In this document: positions 63,557 through 64,000 of the stretch, piece by piece
Layout: every line of letters begins with the position of its first letter
How positions within the stretch are numbered: position 1 is the first letter of the stretch
NCBI GenBank assembly: GCA_021785195.1
Contig: JAJYGC010000020.1
Coordinates: 5,817 to 69,816 of the forward strand
Reading direction: 5' to 3'
From: Nitrospirota bacterium
GTDB lineage: Bacteria; Nitrospirota; Leptospirillia; Leptospirillales; Leptospirillaceae
Length of the DNA stretch: 64,000 nt
Program-made: the position numbers and the translations under genes
The notes under the pieces: model-generated
Databases searched by the model: none
Seen by the model: the letters and a program-made list of their open reading frames with translations, nothing else
Told to the model about the DNA's origin: nothing

Positions 63557-64000
63557 TCCGAACCGCCCGATCCCGTGCATAGCAGGGACCCTGATGACAT
63601 CTGGGAAGAAATTTGACCGGTTTCTTTCCGTCCGAATACACACGGATCCGCTGGCTCCTGATCCCGCGGGCGAGCAAGACCTTTTTGGCGGCAAGGGCTC
63701 TCTTGAATCCCAAGGTCCGATTGTAGCGGACGGTTCCAGAAGGATCGGTATGTCCCGTCAGGATGATGGAAAAGCGCGGATTGTGTTGGAGGAGCCTGGC
63801 ATAGGCGGTCAGGACGGACCTGTTTGCGTAGGAAATGGCGCTTGAATTGAAGGCGAAGAAAATATCCTTCTGCAAGGGAAGGGGGGCGGGTGGCGGAGGA
63901 GCGGGTTTCCTGGCCACCTTGGAAGCCGGTGGGGCCACCGGTGGCTTGGGAATGGAAACCGGGGTGGGGGTGGAGTAAATCCTGAGGGGTCGGGAAGTCA
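63486..64000 (-). CDS. OmpA/Pal-like peptidoglycan-binding protein, C-terminal part (5' end outside window)
   Basis: FFAFNSSAI...ILTGHTDPSGTVRYNRTLGFKRALAAKKVL...RIRVYSDG is the OmpA_C motif set. The reading frame stays open to nt 64000, so the ORF-track GTG at 63938 is probably internal. Confidence 0.75.
   Translation of the reverse strand, partial: TSRPLRIYSTPTPVSIPKPPVAPPASKVARKPAPPPPAPLPLQKDIFFAFNSSAISYANRSVLTAYARLLQHNPRFSIILTGHTDPSGTVRYNRTLGFKRALAAKKVLLARGIRSQRIRVYSDGKKPVKFLPRCHQGPCYARDRAVRIMVLKKGFSSGISKTRTLKKKKG

Overview
This is a dense (about 90% coding), roughly 58-60% GC segment of core chromosome from a diderm bacterium. The diderm call rests on lpxC, an lpxH-like gene, a lapA-lapB fusion, an OmpA-like protein and an outer-membrane barrel. 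All calls come from reading the supplied ORF translations for family motifs; no searches were run. I found no rRNA, tRNA, CRISPR array, transposase or integrase.

Recognisable content:
- 5' part: mnmA (partial), a dnaQ-like exonuclease, rnc, a tusA-like gene, a 2Fe-2S ferredoxin, lpxC, a PAS-GGDEF-EAL protein, a GT28/LpxH-like pair, acs, and a thiG-thiE-(M23 peptidase)-thiD cluster.
- Middle: thrS-infC-rpmI-rplT, facing a minus-strand chain queD / ABC-ATPase / ABC-ATPase / pheS / pheT in which the PheRS is of the archaeal/eukaryotic type. A fur-family gene follows.
- 3' part: a 31-kb co-directional plus-strand run: rplU-rpmA-obg-proB-proA-nadD-rsfS-lapB-comF-dinG, ilvE, polA, coaE, galU, lon and thiL. 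Many junctions in this run are 4-nt ATGA start/stop overlaps.

The two loci most worth follow-up:
1. 32606-39859: a six-gene hyf/hyc-like membrane complex. Its 'large subunit' has lost all four [NiFe]-ligating cysteines, and it has no ferredoxin-like subunit or maturation genes. It is an Ehr-type complex of unknown substrate, and an XRE/HigA-like gene lies 1 nt (an AA dinucleotide) upstream.
2. 50843-52365: a translationally coupled pair, a small RecF/ABC-type ATPase plus a PD-(D/E)xK nuclease-like protein, chained to a LysR regulator and dinG. It looks like an uncharacterised ATPase-nuclease (defence-like or repair) module.

Start codons are often uncertain. Several ORF-track starts were moved using RBS, overlap and motif evidence.
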